From: an uncultured Holophagae bacterium
Lineage (GTDB): Bacteria; Acidobacteriota; Thermoanaerobaculia; Thermoanaerobaculales; Sulfomarinibacteraceae
Length of the DNA stretch: 64,000 nucleotides
NCBI GenBank assembly: GCA_963844865.1
Contig: CAWJPY010000004.1
Span: forward strand, 80,438-144,437
Reading direction: 5' to 3'
This document shows, piece after piece, positions 54,784 to 64,000 of this stretch (position 1 is the first letter of the stretch; the number at the start of each line of letters is the position of its first letter). Under the pieces are notes generated by a model. It made no database searches and was not told the origin of the DNA. It saw only the letters and a list, made by a program, of their open reading frames with translations. The position numbers were made by a program, and so were the translations under genes.

Positions 54784-55704
54784 TCAGTTGACGGGCTGGT
54801 GGCCGCCCTCGTCGTCGAGCTCCAGCAGCAGCTCGGCGAGCCGTTCGGGAGGGACCTCGTACACGGTCTGGCAGAACTCGCAGGTGAGCCGGGTCGGGCG
54901 GCCGGGGTTGTCGCGCAAGAGCTCTCGGATCTCGGCCGGGCCGAGAAGTCTGAGGGCGGTCTCCACGCGCTCTTGGGAGCACCCGCAGTGGAAGCGCACG
55001 GGGGTCTCCTCGAGAATCTCCAGGCCGTCCGGGAAGAGGAGCTGCAACCACTCCTGGGGGCCCTGTCCCGCCACCATGCGGGCCGTCACCGCTCCCAGCT
55101 CGCGCACCCGCTGCGTCAGCCTCCGCGCCTGGTCGTCACTGACGCCGGGCAGGAGCTGGACGAGCACTCCGCCAGCGTTGTCCACCCGGCCTTCGGGAAG
55201 GACGTGCACCCCGAGCACCACCGCGGCGGGAGTCTGCTCCGAGTCGTTGAGGTAGTGGGCCACGTCCTGGGCGATCTCGCCCGAGCGCAGGGGCACGACC
55301 CCCCGGTACGGCTCACCGACGCCGGGATCGCGGGTGACCGCGAGCTCGCCCCGGGTCCCCACCACGCCGGCGACGTTGAGCTTGCCGTCCACCACCGACT
55401 CGGCGGTGGCGTGGGGATTGGCGACCATGGCCCGCACCCAGCCGGCCGGCGACGCGGTGGCCAGGAAGCGGCCGGCGGGACCGTCCCCGTTGAGCTCGAT
55501 GGTCAGCAGGGGCTCGCGGCTGGTGACCTTCTCCAGAGAGGCCGCCATGAGCAGAGCGCCCGTGGCCACCCGGCCGAGAGCGGCGGTGGTCGTGGGCGAG
55601 GGATCGTGGATGCGGCGCAGCTCCTCCACGGTGTCGCTGGCGTCGGCCACGACCACCCGGACCCGTCCCTCCAGGGCAACGCATCGCAACAGGTGATCAG
55701 TCAT
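54784..55704 (-). CDS. hslO: Hsp33 redox-regulated chaperone
   Basis: ALGR, GDGPAG, PYRGVVPL.SGEIAQD, SEQTP, CGCS and CEFC Zn motifs. Confidence 0.93.
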   Translation of the reverse strand: MTDHLLRCVALEGRVRVVVADASDTVEELRRIHDPSPTTTAALGRVATGALLMAASLEKVTSREPLLTIELNGDGPAGRFLATASPAGWVRAMVANPHATAESVVDGKLNVAGVVGTRGELAVTRDPGVGEPYRGVVPLRSGEIAQDVAHYLNDSEQTPAAVVLGVHVLPEGRVDNAGGVLVQLLPGVSDDQARRLTQRVRELGAVTARMVAGQGPQEWLQLLFPDGLEILEETPVRFHCGCSQERVETALRLLGPAEIRELLRDNPGRPTRLTCEFCQTVYEVPPERLAELLLELDDEGGHQPVN

Positions 55705-55835
55705 CGTTCCCCGCAATCCGCGAGGCAGGCCGGAAATTCCAGCACGACCCTCGACCGTGCGCCGGCCCGCAGCGAACCTGTGCCCGGGACGGAACGTTAC
55801 ACTGGTGGCAACACGAGCTGGCTCTGGAGGACACC

Positions 55836-56537
55836 GTGAACGATCCGACGCTTTCGCCTCCCCCTGCTCCACCTGGAGGCACAACGCCCCCCGTTCTCCC
55901 CTGGGAGGACCATTCCACCGGCTTCCTGTCCGGTCTGACGGCGACCGTGAAGCTCTTCGTCCTGTCCCCGCAGGAGGCCTTCAAGCGCATGTCCGCGACG
56001 GGCCTCGGCCGGCCCCTCTTCTATGCGGTGATCATGGCCTGGATCGAGCTCCTGGTGGGCTTCGCCTACTGGTTCGCCTTCCAAGCGCCGTTCTTCGCGG
56101 TCGGCTTCCCCGACCTCCGGAACGAGCTGGGAGGCATCGCGGTCGGGGCATCGGTGATGGTGCTGATCGGGATCGGGACCGCAGTGGTGATGCCGGTCCT
56201 CATGGCGTTCTACATCTTTCTCCACACCTGCATCCTCCACCTCGCACTGCTCATCGTCGGTGAGGGCAAGGGCGGCTTCGAGACCACGTTCCGCCTGCTC
56301 TGCTACGCCCACACCGCGGATCTCGGCAGCATCGTGCCCCTGTGCGGCGGCATCATCTCCTTCGGCTGGTTCGTGGTGCTGCAGATCGTCGGCGTGGCCG
56401 AGGCGCACCGCTGTCCCTACGGCAAGGCCGCCTTGGCGGTCCTCCTGCCCCTGCTCCTGTGCTGTGCCTGCGTGGCGGTGGCGCTCTCACTCGGCGTCGG
56501 CACCGCGATCCTGGGCTCGTTGTCGCACCACTCGTGA
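55836..56537 (+). CDS. Yip1-family membrane protein
   Basis: LPWE, P..AF, GFETTFRLLCYA, multiple TM segments. Confidence 0.75.
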   Translation: MNDPTLSPPPAPPGGTTPPVLPWEDHSTGFLSGLTATVKLFVLSPQEAFKRMSATGLGRPLFYAVIMAWIELLVGFAYWFAFQAPFFAVGFPDLRNELGGIAVGASVMVLIGIGTAVVMPVLMAFYIFLHTCILHLALLIVGEGKGGFETTFRLLCYAHTADLGSIVPLCGGIISFGWFVVLQIVGVAEAHRCPYGKAALAVLLPLLLCCACVAVALSLGVGTAILGSLSHHS

Positions 56538-56941
56538 GGTGGCGGCCGCTCACTCTCGCCGAGCGGCAGCTCACGTGGGTCTGGGCCGGCCTGGCCCTCG
56601 CCGCGGTGGCGCTGCGACCGCTGTGGGACTTTCTGGCGCCCCACCTGGGCAGGTGCACCTTCCGCTCGCTCACCGGCATCCCCTGCCCCACCTGCGGCGC
56701 CACGCGCGGGGTCCTGGCGCTGCTCCACCATCATCCCGGGCAGGCCTTCCTGCTCAATCCCCTGGTGGCGGGCGGCACGGTCATCCTGGTGGTGGGAGGC
56801 CTGCTGGCCCCCTTGTGGGCGTGGCGCCGAGGGACCGTGCCGGTGCTGGAAACACCGCTGCCGCGGTGGCTGCGCCTGGCTGCCGTGGCGCTCATCCTGG
56901 CCAACTGGGGGTGGGTGATCCTGACGCAGACCGGCCACTGA
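56534..56941 (+). CDS. DUF2752 membrane protein
   Basis: CTFRSLTGIPCPTCGATR...AFLLNPL; GTGA overlap with the upstream gene. Confidence 0.82.
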   Translation: MRWRPLTLAERQLTWVWAGLALAAVALRPLWDFLAPHLGRCTFRSLTGIPCPTCGATRGVLALLHHHPGQAFLLNPLVAGGTVILVVGGLLAPLWAWRRGTVPVLETPLPRWLRLAAVALILANWGWVILTQTGH

Positions 56942-57099
56942 GCCCCCGGCCCGCGCCCGCGTCCGATTCCGCGCCCCGCGCCCTGCGGCAGTGACAGCGA
57001 CACCGATCATCGGCCTTGCCCGGTGACGGCGGCACTCTCGATTCCGCATCAAGCCCGTCTCCGCTACACTTCCGCAACCAGAAGGACGAGGGAGGAACG

Positions 57100-59232
57100 G
57101 TGGCACAGCAAGCCAAGGGCGCGAAGGCAGCGCAACCGACGAGGACGGAGATGCAACCGGGCAAAGCAGGCATCGCCGGGCTCCCGGACAACGCGCGACG
57201 GCCCCTCGGGCCGGCGGAGAGCTACATCCCGGTGGTGCCCGACGAGAGGGGGGTCTTCGAGGTCACCGTCCGCTCGGTGACCCTCGGCCTCGTCTTCTGC
57301 GCCATCTTCTCCATGGCGGCGGCCTACCTGGCCCTCAAGGTCGGTCAGGGCATCGAGGCGGCCATCCCCATCTCCATCCTGGCCATCGGGCTGTCGCCCC
57401 TCCTCGCCCGCAAGAGCACCATGCTGGAGAACGTGATCATCCAGTCCATCGGCGCCAACTCGTCGCACGTGGTGGCGGGGGCGGTGTTCACGATTCCCGC
57501 GCTCTACATGCTCGCCGCCGAGCCGGGCTCGGGGGTGGCGCAACCCAGCATCCTGCAGGTGATCCTGGTCTCGTTCCTGGGCGGCTGTCTGGGCATCCTG
57601 TTCCTGATCCCCCTGCGCTACCACTTCATGGTGGAGCTCCACGGGCGCCTGCCCTGGCCCGAGGGCACCGCCACCACCGAGATCATCCTCTCCGGCGAAC
57701 GTGTGGGAGGTCAGGCCAAGATCCTGGCCATGGCGGCCGGGCTGGGTGCGGCCTACGACGCCACGGTGACCGCGTTTCACGGCATGGCCGAGCAGCTATC
57801 GTTCCGGGCCCTGGGCCTCGGACAGCTCCTCGAGCACCAGTTCATGACCCTGCGCATCCTCAACAACGCCGCCATCGTGGGCATCGGCTACATCGTCGGG
57901 CTGCGCTACGCGGCCATCATCTGCGCGGGCTCGTTCCTGTCCTACTTCGTGCTCGTACCCCTGGTGCACTCGGTGGGCTCGAGCCTGCCCCACGTGCTCG
58001 CCCCCGGCACGGTGCTCATCGGCGACATGGACATCGACCAGGTCTTCGTGGGGTATGTGCGCATCATCGGCGTCGGCGGCATCGCCGGCGCCGGGATCCT
58101 GGGCATCCTCAGCTCCCTGCCGTCCATGATCCGCTCCATCGGCGCCAACATGGTCGGCCTCAGCCACCAGGACACCCGCGCCTCGAGCGAGGTGCCGCGG
58201 GTCGACCGCTCCCTCTCCGGCTCCTTCACCCTGGCCGGCCTGGCGGCCGCGGCGGTGGGCGCGTTCGTGTTCTTCTCCTTCGGCGTCGGCATCGCCAGCT
58301 CCCTCCTCTACGCCCTGGTGGCCACCGGCCTGGTCATGGTGGTGGCCTTCCTGTTCGCGCCGGTGGCGGCCCGGGCCATCGCCATCGTCGGCACCAACCC
58401 GGTGTCCGGCATGACCATGCTGACCCTCATCATCACCGGCTTCCTGATGCTGCAAGCCTGGGCCTGTCCGGCGGCAACGGCATGTTCGTCACCATGATGG
58501 TCGGGGGCGTCGTGTGCACCGCCCTCGCCGCCTCCGGCGCCCTGTCCTCGGACCTCAAGGTGGGCCACTGGATCGGCGCCACTCCCGCCAACCAGCTCGA
58601 GCTCAAGTTTGTCGGGCACCGCCGTGGCGGCGACCTTCTGCGGCCTGGCCATGTGGGTGATGGCCCAGGCCGACCCGCTGGCCAGGGCTTCGGCACGACC
58701 AGACATCCCGGCGCCGCAGGCGTCGGCCATGAAGGCGATCCTGATCGGCATCTTCGGCGCCCAGACCGCCCCCCTGCAGTGGTACCTGTTCGCCCTCGGC
58801 GTGGTGCTCGCCCTGATCCTGCGGATGGCCGGAGTGCCTCCGCTGGCCTTCGCCCTCGGGATGTACCTGCCCATGGAGCTGAACACCCCGGTCCTGCTGG
58901 GCGGCATCCTGTCGTGGTTCGTGGGGCGCAGGTCGGCCGGCGACAGCGACCAGACGGTCAAGGCGCGCACCGATCGGGGCGTGCTCGTGGCGTCGGGCCT
59001 GATGGCCGGGGGCGCCATCCTCGGAGTGATCGACTCCGGCGTCAACGCCTTCATCATGCAGACGGCGGGCACCATGGCGCCCAAGGAAGCGGTCCACATC
59101 CTGTCCGCGCACGCCTTCGAGGGCCTGCCCGGAGAGGTCATCGGCACCGTCGCCCTCATCGGGCTCTGCCTGTTCGTGGTGCTCTACTCGCGCCGGGCGA
59201 AGAGCGCGGCGGGCTCAGCCACCGTCGAGTGA
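57100..59232 (+). CDS. OPT-family oligopeptide transporter (frameshifts at about 58455 and 58612)
   Basis: YLALKVG, AAIPIS, ENVIIQSIG, PWPEGTA, NPVSGMT, DLKVGHWIGATP, PAPQA, FALGMYLP, ASGLMAG. Confidence 0.9.
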
Positions 59233-60147
59233 GGCGATGAAGGCCTCGAGGTCGTCCACGATCCTGGGGTCGTGCATGTAGCCGTTGGAGGGGCACCGGA
59301 GGGCGCGCGCCGTGGGGACCGCGGCCACGATGGTGTCCACATCGCCCTCACCGTGGAGGCGGTCGGTGGACGCGTAGGCGATCGCCACCGGGGTCGAGAC
59401 GGTCTCCAGCCCCGGCCGGGCGTCGAAGCGTGCGACCGCACGCGCCGACAGCTTCAGCCGCAACGGCTCGGCGGCGAGCAGTGTCCGCTCGTAGCGCAGC
59501 ATCTGCTCCGGCTCGGCCCGCTCGTCGACCCGGAAGTGCCGCAGGTACCAGATGACGAAGTGCTTGATCACGTGGTAGAGGCCCGACGGGGACCACAGCA
59601 GGGGCCGGCCCCACCACGGGATCACGAATCCCGCGTTGGGTCCGACCAAAAAGGCGCCCCGTGCCGGCAGCCGTCCCCCCTTGAGTGCCTCGAGGATGGC
59701 GTTGGCGCCCATGGAGCTGCCGAACCAGATCGCCCGGCTGCAATCGATGTCCAGGCCATCGGCGATACGCACCAGGTCCAGCCCCAGCCGTGGCACGGTG
59801 AACTCGTCCGGACGCAGGCGATGGCGGTCCAGATGCGCCGAGCCCTTCTCTCGGGTCTCCACGTAGACCACGGGCCGCACCTGCCCGAGCCGCTCCAGGA
59901 CGGATGTCCAGCCCTCCATGACCGACACCCAGCCGGCCACGAAGATGACGGGACGACGGCCGCCGCACCCCGCCTCCGACCGCTCCAGCACCCGCAGCTC
60001 CACGCCCTCGTCGACGCTCAGCCAACGCTCCCGCCACGGCGCCGTCTCTGTGACGCGCGCGTGTGATTGCTCCACTCCGACCGCCTTGGCACTCACCTCG
60101 TTGCTGGTCCTCGCCCCTCCGATCATATCCCCGACCGCCTGCTCCAC
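59215..60147 (-). CDS. Alpha/beta hydrolase
   Basis: FVAGW, ETREKGS, GSSMG nucleophile elbow; start uncertain. Confidence 0.75.
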   Translation of the reverse strand: MEQAVGDMIGGARTSNEVSAKAVGVEQSHARVTETAPWRERWLSVDEGVELRVLERSEAGCGGRRPVIFVAGWVSVMEGWTSVLERLGQVRPVVYVETREKGSAHLDRHRLRPDEFTVPRLGLDLVRIADGLDIDCSRAIWFGSSMGANAILEALKGGRLPARGAFLVGPNAGFVIPWWGRPLLWSPSGLYHVIKHFVIWYLRHFRVDERAEPEQMLRYERTLLAAEPLRLKLSARAVARFDARPGLETVSTPVAIAYASTDRLHGEGDVDTIVAAVPTARALRCPSNGYMHDPRIVDDLEAFIASLDGG

Positions 60148-60195
60148 TCCATGGCCGGGCGAGCGTCTATCGGCTCGCGGAGGTACACTGGCGCC

Positions 60196-60504
60196 ATGGA
60201 GGAACGAGACCTTCCCGTGGTGGGACGCGACGAGGCCGCCTCCGAGGAGCCGGTCTGCTCGCCCAAGGCGTACGTGTCCAACGAGGAGAGCGCCATCGCC
60301 TTAGCCATGCGCGAGCTGCACGCGCGTGCCGACGCGATCCGCGAGGCCCTGGCGGCCGCAGACGAGGCGGCCCGTCCCTCTCTGGAGCGCCAGCTCGAGG
60401 AGCTGAGGGAGCGCCGAGCCCGGCTGGCGCGGCGCCGCGAGTCGGCCTACCGGCGCAAGATGGTCATGCTCGGCCACCTCCCGCCGGAAGCACTCGAGGA
60501 GTGA
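60196..60504 (+). CDS. Small coiled-coil hypothetical protein
   Basis: ATG 60196, GC3-rich codons, helical E/R/A-rich sequence ending KMVMLGH. Confidence 0.6.
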   Translation: MEERDLPVVGRDEAASEEPVCSPKAYVSNEESAIALAMRELHARADAIREALAAADEAARPSLERQLEELRERRARLARRRESAYRRKMVMLGHLPPEALEE

Positions 60505-60612
60505 CGGGCGTCCACAACCCGGCCCTGAGCGGACAGGCACCGCGGGCCACGTCTGCCGCAGCGTCCATCGACGACCTCATGGCTCCGTGTGGCGCCAGCG
60601 TCGAGCGCCTCG

Positions 60613-61299
60613 TCACATCTCCACGCGATTGCGGCCGTTGCGCTTCGCCACCGCGAGCGCCCGATCGGCGGCCGCCACCAGGGAGGTGGCGTTCTCCTGG
60701 GGGCTCGGAATGGTGGTGGCGGCGCCCACGCTGACGGTGATCCGCTCCTTCTCGGCGTCCGACCCCCAGCGCAGCTCCAGGTCCTCGACGGCGCGTCGCA
60801 TGCGCTCGGCCACGGCCAGGCCCCCGGAGGCGTCGGTCTCGGCCAGCAGGACCACGAACTCGTCCCCTCCGTAGCGACCCACCGCGTCGCCCGGCCGCTG
60901 GAGCTGCTGCCGGAGCACGTCCGCCACCTGGCGCAGGCACTCGTCGCCCGCCTGGTGCCCCTTCGACTCGTTGAAGTGGCGGAGCCCGTCCACGTCGATC
61001 ATGAGCAGCGTGAGGGGCAGCCGCGACCGTGCGGTCCGCCGCCACTGCTTGCGCAGGTCCTCCTGGAAGGTGCGGTGGTTGGCGATGCCGGTGAGGGGAT
61101 CGCCGGCGGTCAGCTCGCGCAGGGCCCGATTCGCCTTCTCCAGCTGCTGGGAACGCTCCTCCAGCAACGCCTGCACCGTGCGCTCGCGTGCGGCGAGCTT
61201 GCGTTGCCGACCGGCCATGAGCAGGATCACGGCGCCCAGGATCACGAACACCACCAGGGCTGCGATCCACCCGCCGGGAACCGCGACCGCAGAGCTCAT
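60613..61299 (-). CDS. Membrane-anchored diguanylate cyclase
   Basis: TM, coiled coil, DPLTGIAN, RPGD I-site, GRYGGDEF. Confidence 0.88.
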   Translation of the reverse strand: MSSAVAVPGGWIAALVVFVILGAVILLMAGRQRKLAARERTVQALLEERSQQLEKANRALRELTAGDPLTGIANHRTFQEDLRKQWRRTARSRLPLTLLMIDVDGLRHFNESKGHQAGDECLRQVADVLRQQLQRPGDAVGRYGGDEFVVLLAETDASGGLAVAERMRRAVEDLELRWGSDAEKERITVSVGAATTIPSPQENATSLVAAADRALAVAKRNGRNRVEM

Positions 61300-61880
61300 G
61301 GGGCCCCCCCGAGCTCCGCCACCTCGGCGTGGCGGAAGCAGCCCACCAGGTGATCGTTGACCATGCCCGTGGCCTGCATGTGGGCGTAGACGATGGTCGG
61401 GCCGACGAACCGGAACCCTCTGGCCCGCAGGTCCTTGGAGATCGTGGCGGCGAGCGGCGTGGTAGCCGGGATCTCCTCCAGCCACCGCCACCGGTTCTGG
61501 ATCGGCCGGCCGTCTATGAACGACCAGATGTAGCCGGCGAAGCTGCCCCGCTCCTCCTGCACGGCCAGGAAGGCGCGCGCGTTGTCGACCGCTGCCTCGA
61601 CCTTCCGCCGGTTGCGCACGATGCCGGGATCGGTGAGCAGCTCGGCGATCTTCCCCTCGTCGAAGCGCGCCACCTCGGCGGGATCGAATCCGGCGAAGGC
61701 GGCGCGATATCCCTCCCGCTTGCGCAGGATGGTGCGCCAGCTCAGCCCGGCCTGGGCTCCCTCCAGGATCAGGAACTCGAACAGGGTCCGATCGTCGCGC
61801 ACCGGCACGCCCCACTCCCGGTCGTGGTAGGCCACGTACACGGGGTCGTCCCCACACCAGGGGCAGCGTCTGGCGGGCAC
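61296..61880 (-). CDS. tag: DNA-3-methyladenine glycosylase I
   Basis: RCPW, YHDREWG, LEGAQAGLSW, FVGPTIVYAHMQATGMVNDH. Confidence 0.95.
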   Translation of the reverse strand: MPARRCPWCGDDPVYVAYHDREWGVPVRDDRTLFEFLILEGAQAGLSWRTILRKREGYRAAFAGFDPAEVARFDEGKIAELLTDPGIVRNRRKVEAAVDNARAFLAVQEERGSFAGYIWSFIDGRPIQNRWRWLEEIPATTPLAATISKDLRARGFRFVGPTIVYAHMQATGMVNDHLVGCFRHAEVAELGGAP

Positions 61881-62107
61881 CGCTAGCTCCTCCGACCGCC
61901 CCTGCACCGCGCCATGACGCCGGCGGCGGGGCACCGATCCGACCGAGGCGCATGGTTTCTCCCTGCGCCGGGTCCAGCGCCTACGCTGCCGATCACGGAT
62001 CGGCTGTCGTCGAGTGCAACACGAGTCATCCAGGGTCCTCGTCGCGCATTCTACCGTCTTTGCCGTCGTGACGTGCGCGCCGGCGCCGGGGACGCGGCGC
62101 GGACATG

Positions 62108-62926
62108 TCACCCCTCCCACACGGGCACCGGATCCACAGTCTCCTGCTCGAAGACGCAGTCGTCGTCCAACCGCAGCGCGCTCAGACGGTTACCGTACAC
62201 GCACCCGGAATCGAGGCAGGTCATCCCCTCCCCGCGGCGGACGCCGAGGGCGGCCCAGTGCCCGAACACGACGCGCGAACCGTCCGAGATCACCCGCGCC
62301 GTCCCGTACCAGGGTCGATACCCCTTGGGAGCCTCTTCGACGGGGCCGGTGTAGCTGAAGCGTGGCCGACCGTCACCATCGACCATGCGCAGGCGAGTGA
62401 ACACACCCACCGCTGCGGTTGCATCGTCATCGCCGGGCATCCCCTCGCGCCGTGACCCCTTGGCCAGCACCCGCCTCAGGAACGATGGCCACCAGTCTCC
62501 CCCGAGACCCTCGGCCGCCGCCTCCGCGAGCCCCAGCGCCCGTCCGAGGTCCCAGCCCGGCAGCAACCCGGCGTGCACCATGACCCAGGTTCCCCGCACG
62601 TGGAGGAAGGGCCTGCGCCTCAACCACCCCAGCAGCTCGTCGCGGTCCGGGGCGGCCAGCACGTCGTCCAGCGTGTCGTCGGCCTTGACCGCCACCAGAC
62701 CCGCCGCACGCGCCAGCAGGTGCAGGTCGTGGTTGCCGAGCACGGCCGTGATCTTCTCGTCGTGAGCCACCGCCCAGCGCAGGACCTCGAGGGACGCCGG
62801 CCCACGGTTGACCAGGTCCCCCACCAGCCACAGCTCGTCCACCGCAGGATCCCAGCTCATTTTCAGCAGCAGGCGCTGGAGAGTCTCGAAGCACCCGTGG
62901 ATGTCACCGATCACATAGGTCGCCAT
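62108..62926 (-). CDS. apaH: Symmetrical bis(5'-nucleosyl)-tetraphosphatase
   Basis: GDIHGC, GDLVNRGP.SLEVLR, LGNHDLHLL, HAGLLP, FGHWAALG, LDSGCV. Confidence 0.93.
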   Translation of the reverse strand: MATYVIGDIHGCFETLQRLLLKMSWDPAVDELWLVGDLVNRGPASLEVLRWAVAHDEKITAVLGNHDLHLLARAAGLVAVKADDTLDDVLAAPDRDELLGWLRRRPFLHVRGTWVMVHAGLLPGWDLGRALGLAEAAAEGLGGDWWPSFLRRVLAKGSRREGMPGDDDATAAVGVFTRLRMVDGDGRPRFSYTGPVEEAPKGYRPWYGTARVISDGSRVVFGHWAALGVRRGEGMTCLDSGCVYGNRLSALRLDDDCVFEQETVDPVPVWEG

Positions 62927-63312
62927 GCACGCTCCGCGAACGGTCTCACACTGAGAAGGGCCCGACGAGAGGGCAAAATTTCGTCTCGCGGGCCCCGGAC
63001 GCCTCCCTGCGAGCTCGTGCTCGACGTGCGCCGTCGGATCTCCATCCGAGACTGTGCCGACATCCGCGTCGGCGCGAGTCTCGGGATCCAGATCCGTCCG
63101 CCCACATTCATCGCGACAGGAGCTTCGTCCTGGGGACGAGAAGGTCGGAGGAGCAGGAACAAATCGCCGCGCTGCCGCGATGTTCCCTGGTGCACTCGCC
63201 GCGGATCGATGACACACCCACCGGGGATCCCGTGGCCTCCCCGTGCCGTGGGGCACCGGGGACAGGGCGTCGCGTGTTCGTCGAGAGCACGACGTCCGGA
63301 AGGGAGGACACC

Positions 63313-63780
63313 ATGACCAAACACAATCGGGAGCTGGGAGCCCGCACCAGCGGCGTCGTCCTGACTCCCGGAGACAGAGGTTACGACGAGGCACGGAGCG
63401 TCTTCAACGCGCGTTTCGACCGGCACCCGGACCTGGTGCTTTGCTGTCGTGACACCGGGGACGTCAAGACCGGAGTCGACTACGCACGGGAGAGCTCCCT
63501 GCTGCTGTCGGTGAAGGGCGGTGGCCACTCCTACGCCGCCAACACCATAGGTGACGGCGGTCTGCTGCTGGACCTGTCGCCCATGAAACAGATCGAGGTC
63601 GACCCCGGCGCGCGGACGGTCCGCGTGGGGCCCGGCGTCCGCTGGCGCGAGCTCGACGCCAGGACCCAGGAGCACGGACTGGCCGCCGTCGGCGGCACCG
63701 TGTCCACTGTGGGCGTAGCCGGTTTCACCCTGGGCGGCGGCAACGGCTACCTGTCCCGCAAGCACGGCATGGCGGTGGAC
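63313..63780 (+). pseudogene. FAD-binding oxidoreductase (BBE/6-HDNO family), truncated after KHGMAVD
   Basis: GYDEARSVFN, KGGGHS, DLSPM, VGPG, VSTVGVAGFTLGGG; similarity ends abruptly at about 63780. Confidence 0.75.
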
Positions 63781-64000
63781 AGGACATTGACCGCAGATGC
63801 CTTTTCGCCCGTCGCCAGAACGAACGATTTCTTGGCCAGCCAGCGGTTGCCATCTTGAATCCAATACGCTTCTCCAAAGCCACCCTCGGAGTCGAATGTC
63901 CACGAGTGCACCCGTTTGGCTATCGGGTCCCAGCCAATCATCTGCGTCCCTTCCAGAACAACCTCGCCGTCCTCGCGCAGCGTGAACGAGCGTTTGAGGT
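63776..64000 (-). other. Internal fragment of an SgcJ/EcaC (DUF4440)-associated secreted protein gene, running off the window edge
   Basis: LKRSFTLREDGEVVLEGTQMIGWDPIAKRVHSWTFDSEGGFGEAYWIQDGNRW; lower GC; abuts the truncated FAD oxidase. Confidence 0.6.

Noticed and set aside
59215-60147. Alpha/beta hydrolase as a quenching esterase for the putative signal
   Set aside because: About 8 kb away among unrelated housekeeping genes; no evidence of linkage.

Overview
High-GC (about 70% by eye), gene-dense bacterial chromosomal segment. Gene content suggests Acidobacteriota, possibly Thermoanaerobaculia-like; this is inference only. About 50 CDSs; no rRNA, tRNA, CRISPR array or transposase recognised. 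Main blocks: ychF and a DUF4388 protein; a Rieske/cytochrome b/11-heme cytochrome c operon; a sugar-mobilisation operon (GH63-like glucosidase, glucose dehydrogenase, SDR, glycogen debranching enzyme, GH100 invertase); an acyl-CoA catabolic cluster with two carboxyltransferases and a biotin carrier but no biotin carboxylase; cydAB; a signalling region; and housekeeping genes (sodN, trmO, hslO, OPT transporter, tag, apaH). The strongest candidate for an undescribed system is at 44.4-51.1 kb, a Ralstonia Phc-like quorum-sensing cassette with patches of lower GC. It comprises a membrane double histidine kinase, a frameshift-hidden PilZ-methyltransferase of the PhcB type, a stand-alone ketosynthase and a REC-kinase, and it lies divergent from a diguanylate cyclase. 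Many genes carry 1-bp frameshifts that are most likely assembly errors. The last ~220 bp look like a chimeric junction.
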